Shown here: piece after piece, positions 13,081 through 23,704 of the stretch
How the letters are laid out: the number at the start of each line of letters is the position of its first letter
How positions within the stretch are numbered: position 1 is the stretch's first letter
DNA from: Mobula birostris
Taxonomy: Eukaryota
Reading direction: 5' to 3'
Length of the DNA stretch: 64,000 nt
Assembly (NCBI RefSeq): GCF_030028105.1
Contig: NC_092379.1
Location: 16,004,222-16,068,221, forward strand
Program-made: the position numbers and the translations under genes
Notes under the pieces: generated by a model
The model's input: the letters and a program-made list of their open reading frames with translations, nothing else
Told to the model about the DNA's origin: nothing
The model's database searches: none

Positions 13081-13278
13081 CAATACTCACAACACGCTGG
13101 AGGAACTCAGCATATAAAGAAGGTAGGGCCTCTGCCCTTCCCCTTTTCAGTCCTGATGAAGGGTTCCGGCCTGAAACGTTGACTGATCGTTTCCACGGAT
13201 ACTGCCTGACCTGCTGAATTCCTCCAGCGTGTTGTGAGTGTTGCTTTGACCCCAGCATCTGCAGAGTATTTTGTGTTT
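13081..13278 (+). mobile_element. Short fold-back Penelope insertion
   Basis: Perfect 18-bp TSD ATGAAGTGATTTGAGAAG (13063-13080, 13279-13296); inverted arms at 13081-13112 / 13212-13243. Confidence 0.85.
13147..13186 (+). ncRNA. Minimal hammerhead ribozyme motif, sense to RYR1 pre-mRNA
   Basis: TCAGTC-CTGATGA-AGGGTTCCGGCCT-GAAA-CGTT-GACTGA, with a 6-bp stem I and GUU cleavage triplet. Confidence 0.7.
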
Positions 13279-13438
13279 ATGAAGTGATTTGAGAAGTTTG
13301 TCACAGCCAGGAACAACTCCTGATTAAGCAAAGAACTGGACTTGCTGCAATTTGCCTATTGTCACAATAGGTCTACAGTAGTTGCAATCTCACTGGCTCT
13401 CCACTCGACTTTGAATCGCCAACAATTGTAATACCTAG

Positions 13439-13504
13439 CAACACACACACAAAATGTGTGTGTTGCTTGAATTTCCAGCATCTGCAGATTTTCTTGTGTT
13501 TGCG
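13439..13504 (+). mobile_element. 66-bp Penelope mini fold-back insertion
   Basis: TSD ATTGTAATACCTAG / ATTGTAATATCTAG (13/14); CAACACACAC...TGTGTGTGTTG hairpin plus pLTR end. Confidence 0.75.
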
Positions 13505-13681
13505 ATTGTAATATCTAGGTCAAGTTGCTGTTTATTGATTACAGCTCAGCATTCAACACCATTATACCCTAAGTATGAATTAGCAAGTTCCAAAACCAGG
13601 GCCTCTATACCTCCTCCTGCAACTGGATCCTTGACTTGCTCATCGAGAGTCATTGCAGATCAGAAATAACATCTTCTCCTT

Positions 13682-13915
13682 TGTGGTAAACCATATATAT
13701 ATGTTGTAACTGGGTTGCCTGTCTGGACATGCCCCTCTGCTGACTGCCCCTGTGGCTCCTCCCACAGACCCCTGAATAAAGGCGACTGGACCTTGGCTCC
13801 TCCTCTCAGTCAAGGGGCAGACATTCAGCATGGTGGAGGTCACATTTTACTGCAAATAAAAGCCTTTCAGTATTTTCTCTACTTCCAGTCTTTTGGAGTT
13901 ATTGATGGTGCATTA
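13682..13915 (+). mobile_element. Solo LTR
   Basis: TG...TA (CA mutated) ends, 5-bp TSD TCCTT (13677-13681, 13916-13920) and internal AATAAA. Splits the Rex1 RT frame. Confidence 0.75.
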
Positions 13916-15014
13916 TCCTTGCTAACAATCAACGCTGGTGGGTGCGCCTTAGCCCACTGCTCTGTTTTCTCTACACTGACAACTGAATGGCTAGGCATGG
14001 CTCAAAACAGCATCTATAAATTTGGTAATAACACAACTATCGTTGGCAGAATTTCAGATGGTGATCAACTGGATGAGTCAACAACAACAACCTTGCACTC
14101 AATGTAAGGGCAAGGAATTGATTGTGGACTTCAGGAAGGGGAAGTGGAGGGGATACACACCAGTCCTCATCAAGGGATCATCAGTGGAAAGGGTGAGCAG
14201 TTTCAAGTTCCTGGGTGTCAACATCTCTGAAGATGTATTCTGGGCCCAACATATTGATACAATTACAAAGAAGGCTGTTGCAAGGACGTGGCTGGGGACA
14301 AACCCAAGTGCAGGACACAGGCGCTGAGGCAAAGTCATGAGGCGTTAGCACCGCTGCGAACAGGGAACCGGTATCCAGCAGAGTCTTTACACAGAGACTA
14401 GGGTCATGTAGAGTATCCAGGAAACAATGCGGAACTTTTAGAACTGACAGTTCTCAGGAATCAGGTTTACTCACACTAGAGTCGACCATCGAACTGGCAG
14501 CTCCTTGTTGTGATCACAGGGTCTTTATCTTGCATTTCCTGTATTGCAGTAACTGCTGCTGCAAAACAACAAGTTTCATGGCATATGCCAGTAATATTAA
14601 ACGTGATTCTGATTCTGAGGTGACTTGATAAGGTAGATGTACAAGATGATAAGAGGCACAGATTGAATAGATAGCTAGAGACTTTTTCCTCAGTGTGGAA
14701 ATAGCTAATTCAAGGGGATAATTTTCAGGTGATGGGAGGAAAGTATAGGGGAGATGTCAGAGTTAAGTATTTTTTTCCCCCATAGTGTGTGGAACACCCT
14801 GCTAGGGTTGGTTGTGGAGGCAGATACATTAGGGGCATTTAAGAGACTCTTTGCAAGGCACATGGATGATAGAAAAGTGGAGTGCTATTTAGGAGGGAAG
14901 GGTTATATTGATCTTAGAGTAGGTTAAAAGGTTGGCGTAACAACATAGGCCAAAGGGTTTATACCGTACTATAATTTTGTATCTTTCAGGAAAAGAATCT
15001 CTCCACTGAGCTAA

Positions 15015-15985
15015 CAAGTTTATTATCATGGGAATTCATACCTAGGATATAAATGTGAAGAAAATTAGTTTTTTACAGTAGCAGCACAGTACATTAGAAA
15101 CGTGATTAGCATAAATTACATAAAATACTATAATTTAACTCATGCAAAACTTACATGAGAAAGTAAACAAAAGTAATAAAACAACATTAGTAAAAGTTGA
15201 GAAAAATATAGTCCAAATTAGAATTAGAATGTTGTTTGTGATTAGAATTTGGCTTTTTCAGGTTGCTTCAAGAACTTGATGATCATGTAGAAGAAACTGT
15301 TGTTGAACCTTGAGGTGTGGGTCTTCTAGCCTCCTGATGGCAGCTGTGCGAAGAGGGCACCACCTGAATGGTGGTGGTCCTTAATGATGGATGTTGCCTT
15401 CCAGAGATATCACCTCTTGTAGATGTTCTTGATTGTGGAGAGACCTGTACCTGTGATAGATCCAGCTAAGTCCACGACTCTGTAGACGATTGTTTTCTTG
15501 TGCATTGGAGTTTCCACACCACGCAGCGATGCCTCCAGTCAGAATGCTTTCTGCTGTACACTTGTAGAGGTTTGTTGGAATCTTCAGTGAAGTAGAGGTG
15601 GTGCTGGAGGTGCAACTTCTTCATAGTTGTGTCTATGTGCTGGGCCAAGGACCCTCCAAAATATTAATACCCAGCAACCTGAAGCTGCTCACTCTTTTCA
15701 CTGCAGACCCTTCAATGAGGACTGCTGCTAGTTGACTTGATTCCCCCTTTCTAGTTCTTTGGTTTTGCCGACATTGAGTGCAAGCTTGTTGTTATGACAC
15801 CACTCAACCGGCTGATCTGTTTTACTCGTGTATCCCTCCTTGTTAACATTTATAATTGTCCAACCATAGCGGTGTCATCAGTGAATTTGCAGATAATGTT
15901 GGAGCTCTGCTTAGCCACAGTCATATGTTTAAAGAGAGTGTGGGGGAGGGGAAAGCAAAGCACAAAGCCCTAAGGTGCTCTGTGC
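15015..15985 (-). mobile_element. Rex1/Babar LINE 3' fragment
   Basis: Minus-strand KFTDDTA and AQHIDTTMKK motifs plus 3' UTR. Confidence 0.7.
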
Positions 15986-17652
15986 CTGCTGTATCGTTTT
16001 AACAGCCTTTCTCATCATCCACAACTCCACAATTTTTATAATCAGAACACCTAGATTTTATCTTAAACATATATGCCTACTACAAACAACAGGGGATGTA
16101 GCACTAAACTTTGCAGAATACCTTTAGTAACAGACCTTCAGTCAGAAGAATTCTGCTCCACTACTACCTCTATCTTTCAGACCAAGTCAGTTTTGTATCC
16201 AATGTAATAGTTGTCCATGGATCCTATATGCCTTAATCTTCTGGACCTGTTTACCAAGAGCAACCTTGCAAATCCTTTTCTAAAGTCTCCGTAGACAACA
16301 TCCACTGCCCTATGGTCGTCTATTATCTCCATCACCTCAAAAAACTCAATCAAGCTAAACTAATAGTCCATGCATTCCCAAAACGCAAGTAAATCCATCA
16401 TTAAGGACCTCCATCACTCAGGACATGCCCTCTTCTTACTGCTACCATCAGAGGGGTGATACAAGAGCCTAAAGGCACACACACCCAACAATTCAGGAAC
16501 AGCCACTTCCCCTCTGCCATCCGATTTCTGAGTGGACATTGAACCTATGGACACTACCTCACTGCTTTTTTTTTCCTCTTTTTGCACTAATTTAGCCTTT
16601 TTAATATATACTTACTGTAGATTACAGTTTTATTATTAATGCATTGCAGTATACTGCTGCTGCATAATAACAAATTCCACAACATATGTCAGTGATATTA
16701 AACCCAAGTCTGATCCTGATCCTGTCCCCAAGAATCTTCCCCAATAATTGTCATACTATTGACTTACGGTTCACCATCTTATAATTTCTGGACTATCCCT
16801 ATTGTCCTTAAAGGAATAACGTTAGCCTACTCTCTAGTGGTCTTACTTGGGACTGAAGAGTGCAAAGGTCATTGTCAAGGGCTCAGCCGTATCCTGGTGA
16901 TCCATAAAGTATCCTGGGGATCCACAAGGTATCCTGGACAGAATCCATAAGGTCCTGGGAAATTCTCCAATTTAATGTTTTTCAAAACGCTACTTTTTCT
17001 TCCCACAAAAGTTTGTGCAATCCAAGATAATCAAAAGCTGTTGAGGTTGGTTTACTTCCAGTTTTCATGATGGATATTTGAAGGCCTTTTGTTAGATTAA
17101 TTCATTATGATAAAGGATATGTCCAGTTGAGAAAAAATTTGGCATGATCAGGTTAGATAGCGAAGAAATTTCAGGAACAAAAGAAATGGTACTCTTAAGC
17201 TTGCTGTCACAAGAAAGGCAACTAGTTGTACGTCAGTTTTGCAATAGTCTTTATTATAAAGGTGAACAATGGGAGATTTTCCAGCAGGTTCATGTTGTGT
17301 TCACTGCTAATATGCAACTTTTATAAGCAGAAATGATTTAAAAAGAAATCACTCCTAAATTGTGCATAAGATTATACCTTCTTTAAAATTGTGGTTTTTC
17401 AAAATTAAAACCTAAATTGCATTCTCTTTCAAAAATTGAAAGCAACACACAGATAAAATATATATATATATAGCCAAAAATTAAAGTCAAATTCTGAAGA
17501 ATATATAGAACCAATTAAACAAGGAGGCTACAGTATAAGAAGCAATGCTTTAAAATAATCTCTTGACTCACAGAGAGATGCATCATGGAAACAAGCCCTT
17601 CAGCCCACTGATTCTGTGCCAACCATCAACCACAAAATTAACATTGATCCCA

Positions 17653-17894
17653 AACACGAGGAAATCTGCAGATGCTGGAATTTCAAGCAACACACATAAA
17701 AATTGCTGGTGAGCGCAGCAGGCCAGGCAGCATCTCTAGGAAGAGGTACAGTTGACGTTTTGGGCCGAGATCTCTTACTAGCTGTTCTTTCAGTTAGTCC
17801 TGACGAAGGGTCTTGGCCCAAAATGTCGACTGTACCTCTTCCTAGAGATGCTGCCTGGCCTGCTGCATTCACCAGCAACTTTTATGTGTTATGC
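17653..17894 (-). mobile_element. Fold-back Penelope insertion (hammerhead core mutated)
   Basis: TSD TTAACATTGATCCCA / TTAACGTTGATCCCA (17638-17652, 17895-17909); inverted pLTR arms. Confidence 0.85.
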
Positions 17895-18752
17895 TTAACG
17901 TTGATCCCATTTTTATTTTCCCCACATTTTCAACTATCTCAGATTCTACAGCTTTGAAGCAATTTACAACAGCCAATTATCTTATAATCTTTGACTTTGG
18001 AATACACACCCAGTAGAAACCCACGTGATCGCAGGTAGGACATGCAAGTATCACTCTGAGAGTAGCCGAAGTCAGGATTGAACTCGCGTTTCTGGCACTG
18101 CAAGGAAGTAGCTCTACTAGATGTGCCACTGTCCTGTCCCAAACAATTTATGAAGAGTTAGTATTACAATTTTAGAATGTTTGTTAAAGTTGATTGTTAC
18201 CAGAACGTAACAGAAGTGACGCCTCGTACTTACACAAGTTGACTGTGGCTTCAAATTAATATTTTTATTAATTTAATTTATTTTTGTAGCAGGCTCAAGG
18301 CATTTTGGTCATCTTTATTTAGAAATGGCAGAAAGGATTTATATCAGCCTGATTTATCAGAGGTCATTGTGGTGACTGAGAGGGGTATGTCCTTTATTTT
18401 CAGTAAGTGTGGCCTAGAGGTCACCCTTGAAGTGCTTCAGCCTGAGGATCCTACAGCAGGATGCTGGCAACAGCAGAGCTGTTAAAGATATGTTCAGAGA
18501 GGAAAAAGGTGTGGTCCAGGTCAAGCACAATCCAACCCAAAGTAAAAAAGACTTTCCCTTGTAACTGATAAATATTTTAGCAGAAACAATTTCAACCCAT
18601 GAACAACTGCTGGATAAATTGAAATACATATTAAGTCAAAAAAAAACAAGTAATTAAATTTGTGCCAAGTAATTAAATTCATGCCAGGGACTGATTTTAA
18701 ACAGGTAGCTCTTAAGTCTCAACTTTGCCACAGTTCAGCAAAATCCTTAAAG

Positions 18753-19463
18753 CAGGGGTCCCCAACCTTTTTTGCACCGTGGACCGGTTTAATATTGACG
18801 ATATTCTTGCGGACCGGCCAACTGGGGGTTGGGGGGGTGTCCAAGTAGGGTTAAACTCACCTCAACATGTCTTTTACAGTTAGGGTTGCCAACTTTCTCA
18901 CTCCCTAATAAGGGACAAAAGCAGCAGTCAAATCCCAGGACACTTTATCCCAGAAAAGACTACCATGACCATGAAGCCTTGCATGGGCACCTGTGTACAC
19001 ATGCATGACATGTGCATGTGATGTGCGCGTACGTGCTGATTTTTTTCCCCCTCCACAAATCGGTTTTGCCTTCATCTTCCCAACTATACTGTACATACAT
19101 TATTTCTACTTTATATTGGCCATGTATTTATCATATCATTCCTGCTTTTACTATATGTTAGTGTTATTTATTTTCAGTTTTATATGTTATTTGGTATGAT
19201 TTGTTAGGTTATTTTTTGGGTCTGGGCATGCTCAAAAATTTTTCCCATATAAATTAATGGTAATTGCTTCTTCGCTTCACACCATTTCGGCATGGAAGGT
19301 TTCATAGAAATGCTCTACCTTAGCGGGAGAAATACGGGACAGTTGGCAACCCTACGTTCAAGTTCAACAGTGCGTGACAGGGAATGAGAAAAGGTGCAGC
19401 TAACTCATATCGTTTCCTCGCGGCCTGGTAGCACATACTTGGCGGCCCGGTGGTTGGGGACTG
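18753..19463. mobile_element. Composite hAT MITE (Charlie-like outer element, Blackjack-like inner element)
   Basis: Outer TIR CAGGGGTCCCCAACC / GGTTGGGGACTG; inner perfect 14-bp TIR TAGGGTTGCCAACT (18881-18894 / 19341-19354). Confidence 0.8.
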
Positions 19464-19619
19464 CTTTATTGAAACAACTGAGGCAATTTTTAAATTATAC
19501 AAACCCCAAGCTGAATGTACAGATGTACAGTTATGTTTTCTGTTAATTCATCAGCAAGTTATTATTCTGATCATTAGAGTCATTAAGTGATTCAGAATGA
19601 CTCCTTTAATCACATCAAA

Positions 19620-19625
19620 TTTATT
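19620..19625 (-). other. Candidate poly(A) signal of the MSANTD1-like gene
   Basis: AATAAA on the minus strand about 445 nt downstream of the stop codon, in unique sequence. Position only; no transcript evidence. Confidence 0.35.
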
Positions 19626-20069
19626 TCTCAAACTTTTGGTTATGAATTCCAAACATAGAGATGAATCTGAACTGATGTCTGAGTGATAAAAGAGATTAAA
19701 ATAGGGATACAGTTACCCTCAGAAATTGATCAGTACCACTTTGGGCCAAAAAGGTTTGTCTGAGTGCAGGTCGGTGGGACTAGGTGAGAGTAAGAGGCCG
19801 AGATGGCCTGTTTCCGTGCTGTAATTGTTATATGAATAATCGACTGTAAGAAATTAAGCAGCACAAAAGATCCAAGGCTCAATACTAAACAGGCAGGGAA
19901 ACTTTGGAAGGTATTTGCTGCTTTCATCTGATGAAAATTACTTTCATGGAGATATGTCTATACTGATTGTTGGAGTGCTGAAGTGTCACTTATGTATGTG
20001 TAGTTGATCACAGATCTGTTAGATTTGCCCATTTTCTTTCAAAAAATGTTGGAAGTAAATTCAGACCTC

Positions 20070-20334
20070 TTATTTTTTATAAACATTTGGATTGTTTGCA
20101 CAATGCTGACACACTACTTTTTCCAACAAATGTAACATATGCTGCTGGAGTTGCAAGCTTTGATTTAGTAAGAGAGTTTGTTGATCGAGAATTCTCCGAA
20201 CCTCTCTGTTTGTTTCTTCCACAGCTGTGCTTATCTTCTTTTGTTCTTCCAGCATTGACTCCATTAGTCTTATACTTTTCTTGTGCAAGTCAGCATTTGA
20301 AGCTCTCCTCTTTTTGATGGGTACCAATTCAGTT
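20070..20334 (-). CDS. MSANTD1-like protein, terminal coding exon 3
   Basis: Pyrimidine tract plus ctgtag|A acceptor. Encodes (R)TELVPIKKRRASNADLHKKSIRLMESMLEEQKKISTAVEETNREVRRILDQQTLLLNQSLQLQQHMLHLLEKVVCQHCANNPNVYKK*, resembling the MSANTD1 C-terminal coiled coil ([24 protein letters not shown]...QSLQLQ). Total CDS 254+270+265 = 789 nt = 262 aa. Confidence 0.92.
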
Positions 20335-20399
20335 CTACAGTAAGTAGAGAAGGTGCAGAATACAGGTTCAGAACTCACACTCAAAACTTGTGGTGTAAT

Positions 20400-20650
20400 T
20401 AGATTCTTTATACTTTATTGTCGCCGAACAATTGATACTAGAATGTACAATCATCACAGCGATATTTGATTCTGCGCTTCCCACTCCCTGGATTACAAAT
20501 TGATAGTAAATATTAAAAATTTAAATTATAAATCATAAATAGAAAATAGAAAAATGGGAAGTAAGGTAGTGCAAAAAAACCGAGAGGCAGGTCCGGATAT
20601 TTGGACGGTACGGCCCAGATCCGGGTCAGGAAAAGCTGTTCCCAAATCTG
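20400..20650 (-). mobile_element. Rex1-type LINE 3' tail
   Basis: Minus-strand 3' UTR with AATAAA (20414-20419) and an aaaagctgttcccaaatct ORF-end motif. Confidence 0.6.
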
Positions 20651-23600
20651 CTCCCAAATTCTGACTTGTAAAGGTGGGACTTATTGATATATTAAACCAC
20701 TGTTGTTAAAATCACTTCCACAGAAATTGGACGGATACTGAACCAACTTCAAACAATTGGATGCATATTATTCAGGCAGGCAAGTCTTGGGGTACTGCAA
20801 ATCATTTCTCTTTCATGGGGTGAAGTAATCAAGTCAGACACAAGGTGGCGCAGTGCAATAGAACATGTTTTTGCCAAGGCCTTAATTCAAATTCAGAAAA
20901 AAAAGCTGCAGACACAACAAATGTCAGCCTCTACTTTCTTATTAGTATGAATTTATATGATAATAGCTATCTGTACCCTAGAATCTCATCTGATATTAGG
21001 CAGGATCTTGGCATAGAACGAGGGTGATGAGTAAAGTTTTCTTTACTGAATTGACCAAGATTTATCTATTTGTGCCAATTATTACACCCACATTCTGACT
21101 GCCATCTGCCCTACAAACATCTAACAAACTACCCACTTCAGTTAAGTACTGCTTCCTAGGGCTAAGATAGGGTTAGCAACACACACACACACAAACTGCT
21201 GGAGGAACTCAGCAGGCCAGGCAGCATCTATGGAAAAGTATAAACAGTCCACATTTTGGGCCAAGACCCTTCATCGGGACTAGAAAGGGAGGGGGAAGGT
21301 GCCAGAATAAAAAGGTAGGGGTGGTAAAGGAGGATAGCTAAAAGGTGATAGGTGAAGTCAGTGGGGAAGGAAAGGATGTTGGTGGTTTGCCTTGTAACAG
21401 CATTCACTGATGCTCCCCCAGCCAAAAGCAGTGCATTAGAAGGAAGAGAATTTTGCTGTCATATCTGCTCCTTTCTGTTATGTCCACATTAATCAATTTG
21501 TATACTTTTCCATTCCTGCTCAGCCGTACCAGGAATTGAGTCTCTTGGTCCCTTGCTGCCTCACCACCTTTTTAGGTGTTCAACATTATTGGAGTTCCTG
21601 CTCCCCAAAATCCAGCCATGCAAAAAAGATAAACTTAATCAATTTTCCTGGTTAGAGGTTCTGACAGTGCCAAATGGGCCGACAGTCTGCACCTGGCTGA
21701 GAATGGGAAAAGTTAGCTGAAGATTTCTCTGGAATGTGTGCCTGACAACATTGTACTATTAATAAGATGTGAATTATAAAAGTAAAGAACATAAATAAAG
21801 CATTGAACATTGCAGCTCAGTACAGGCCCTTCAGCCCACAATGGTGTGTTAACCTTTTAACATTTTGTAAGATCAATTTAACCCTTCCATCCTACATAGC
21901 CCTCCATTTTCTATTTTCCTTGGAGTTTAATCCAGGTGTTCCATGCACTCACCACTGTGTTGAAACAAAACAATTACTTCTGATATTCCCCCTTATACTT
22001 TCCTCCAATCACCTTAAAATTACCTCCCCCCCACCCCCCACCCCCCCAGTGTATTCTGAGAACTGTTTAAACTGCAGCTTGACAGGTAAAAAGTAATAAA
22101 GGAATATTTTGCAGATGCATTCAGTGAACGTGTTTTTTTTGATTTCCGCATACAGTTTTAAAGAGAGCTCATTCAGTAAGGCGATATGGTTTGAGTTCAA
22201 ATATAAGAAAGGTGATTTGATTATCCTGATTATCCTGTAGGCTTCCCAATACTCGGTATGAGGAAGAAGAACAGATATATGGACAGATTTCTGAAAAAAA
22301 GCAAAAGTTGTAGTGGGTGACTAACTTCACCAACATTGATTTCCTAAAGAGCAACAGCCTTATGTGAGGCTGAATTTCATCACTGTATTCAGAAGGATTT
22401 CTGAACATAATCCAGCTAGAAGGGGAACCATACTAGACCTTGTATGGGGAAGCAGGCCTATCCAGGTGATTGAGGATACAGTGGGAAAAGATTCTGGGTA
22501 CAGAGATCACAACTCTCAAGTCCCATGACAGTTACATCTGATTGTGGGCATTATTTAAAGGCGAGCAGGTCAGAATTCCAGACTTGCATGGTTCAGTAAG
22601 GATGGCAAGGTTATGGAGCCTTGGATGCCATGTGACGTAAGTAAAAGGATGCAAGTATAAGGTTTAGGAAGCTGAAATCAGACTGAACCCGTAAGGAATA
22701 TATATAGAGCAGTAAGGAATTTAAGCATAGAATTAGGAGGGTCAAAAGGGGCCATGAAGTATCCTTGGTGAGTGGGATTATTCAAAATGCAAAGGTGTTT
22801 TACACATACATTAAAAAGTAAAGGAGAGCTAGGGAGAGGGCAGGATCACTCGAGGACAAGGGAAGGATTTTACACCCAAGCCCTGAGAAGTCTGTGACCT
22901 GTGGTGTTCTACATGGATATGTACTGGGACTCTGATGTTTGAAAAATAATAGAATATCTAAATGACAGATAATAATTAAAGCAAGTTTTCAGACATCACA
23001 AATTTGATGAAGTTCTGGATATTGAAGAAGTTTGCCAAAGATACAGCAGAATTTTAGAACAATTGTGCAATGTGTAAATCCATGTGTGGCCTACACGGAG
23101 TTTTTATAAAGTTGCAATACAATTCCAGACCTTTGAACTCAGAGTCTCAACTAATGAAGGCAAGCACGTCTTATGTCGTCTTTACCACCTTATCAACTAG
23201 CGCAACATCTTCGAGGACTTGGACCCCAAAATCGTTTTGTACAATCAACACTATTAATGACCTCCAGCCAGAATAAAGCCCATCAACGTAGATAAGGTAA
23301 TAATCTTTCTCCCAGGGAGTCTAAAACTAAAGAGCACAGGATTAAGGTGAGAGGGGAAAATTTTAATGGGGACCTCAAGGGCAAGTTTCTCCATATAGAT
23401 GGTGGTAGGTATGAGCTGTCAAAAAGGGTGATAGAGGATGGTGTGATTACATTTAAAGACATGTGGACAGGTGAATGAATAGGAAGGGTTGAGAGGGATA
23501 TGGTAAATGGTACTAGCTCAGGAAAACATATTAGTCAGTGTGAACGATTTCTGATGTAGAGCCTGTTTCCTTTATGTTCCAGATTAAATAAATTAGCACC

Positions 23601-23704
23601 AGAATAGAAATTGAGAGTATTTCTGAAAAACAGTGCTTAGTATTAGGTTCTGTGACAGCTTTCCCAACATTCTGTGTGAATTACATGCAAACCATTGAAA
23701 ATAA

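Larger units (their letters stand above)
12935..14275 (+). mobile_element. Rex1/Babar LINE RT fragment hosting three later insertions
   Basis: Peptides VPACFKRATIIPV...NDYCPVALAS and [10 protein letters not shown]...[17 protein letters not shown]. Confidence 0.85.

Noticed and set aside
18280-18520. Exon-like + strand segments with acceptor/donor-like sites
   Set aside because: No consistent open frame or recognisable homology.
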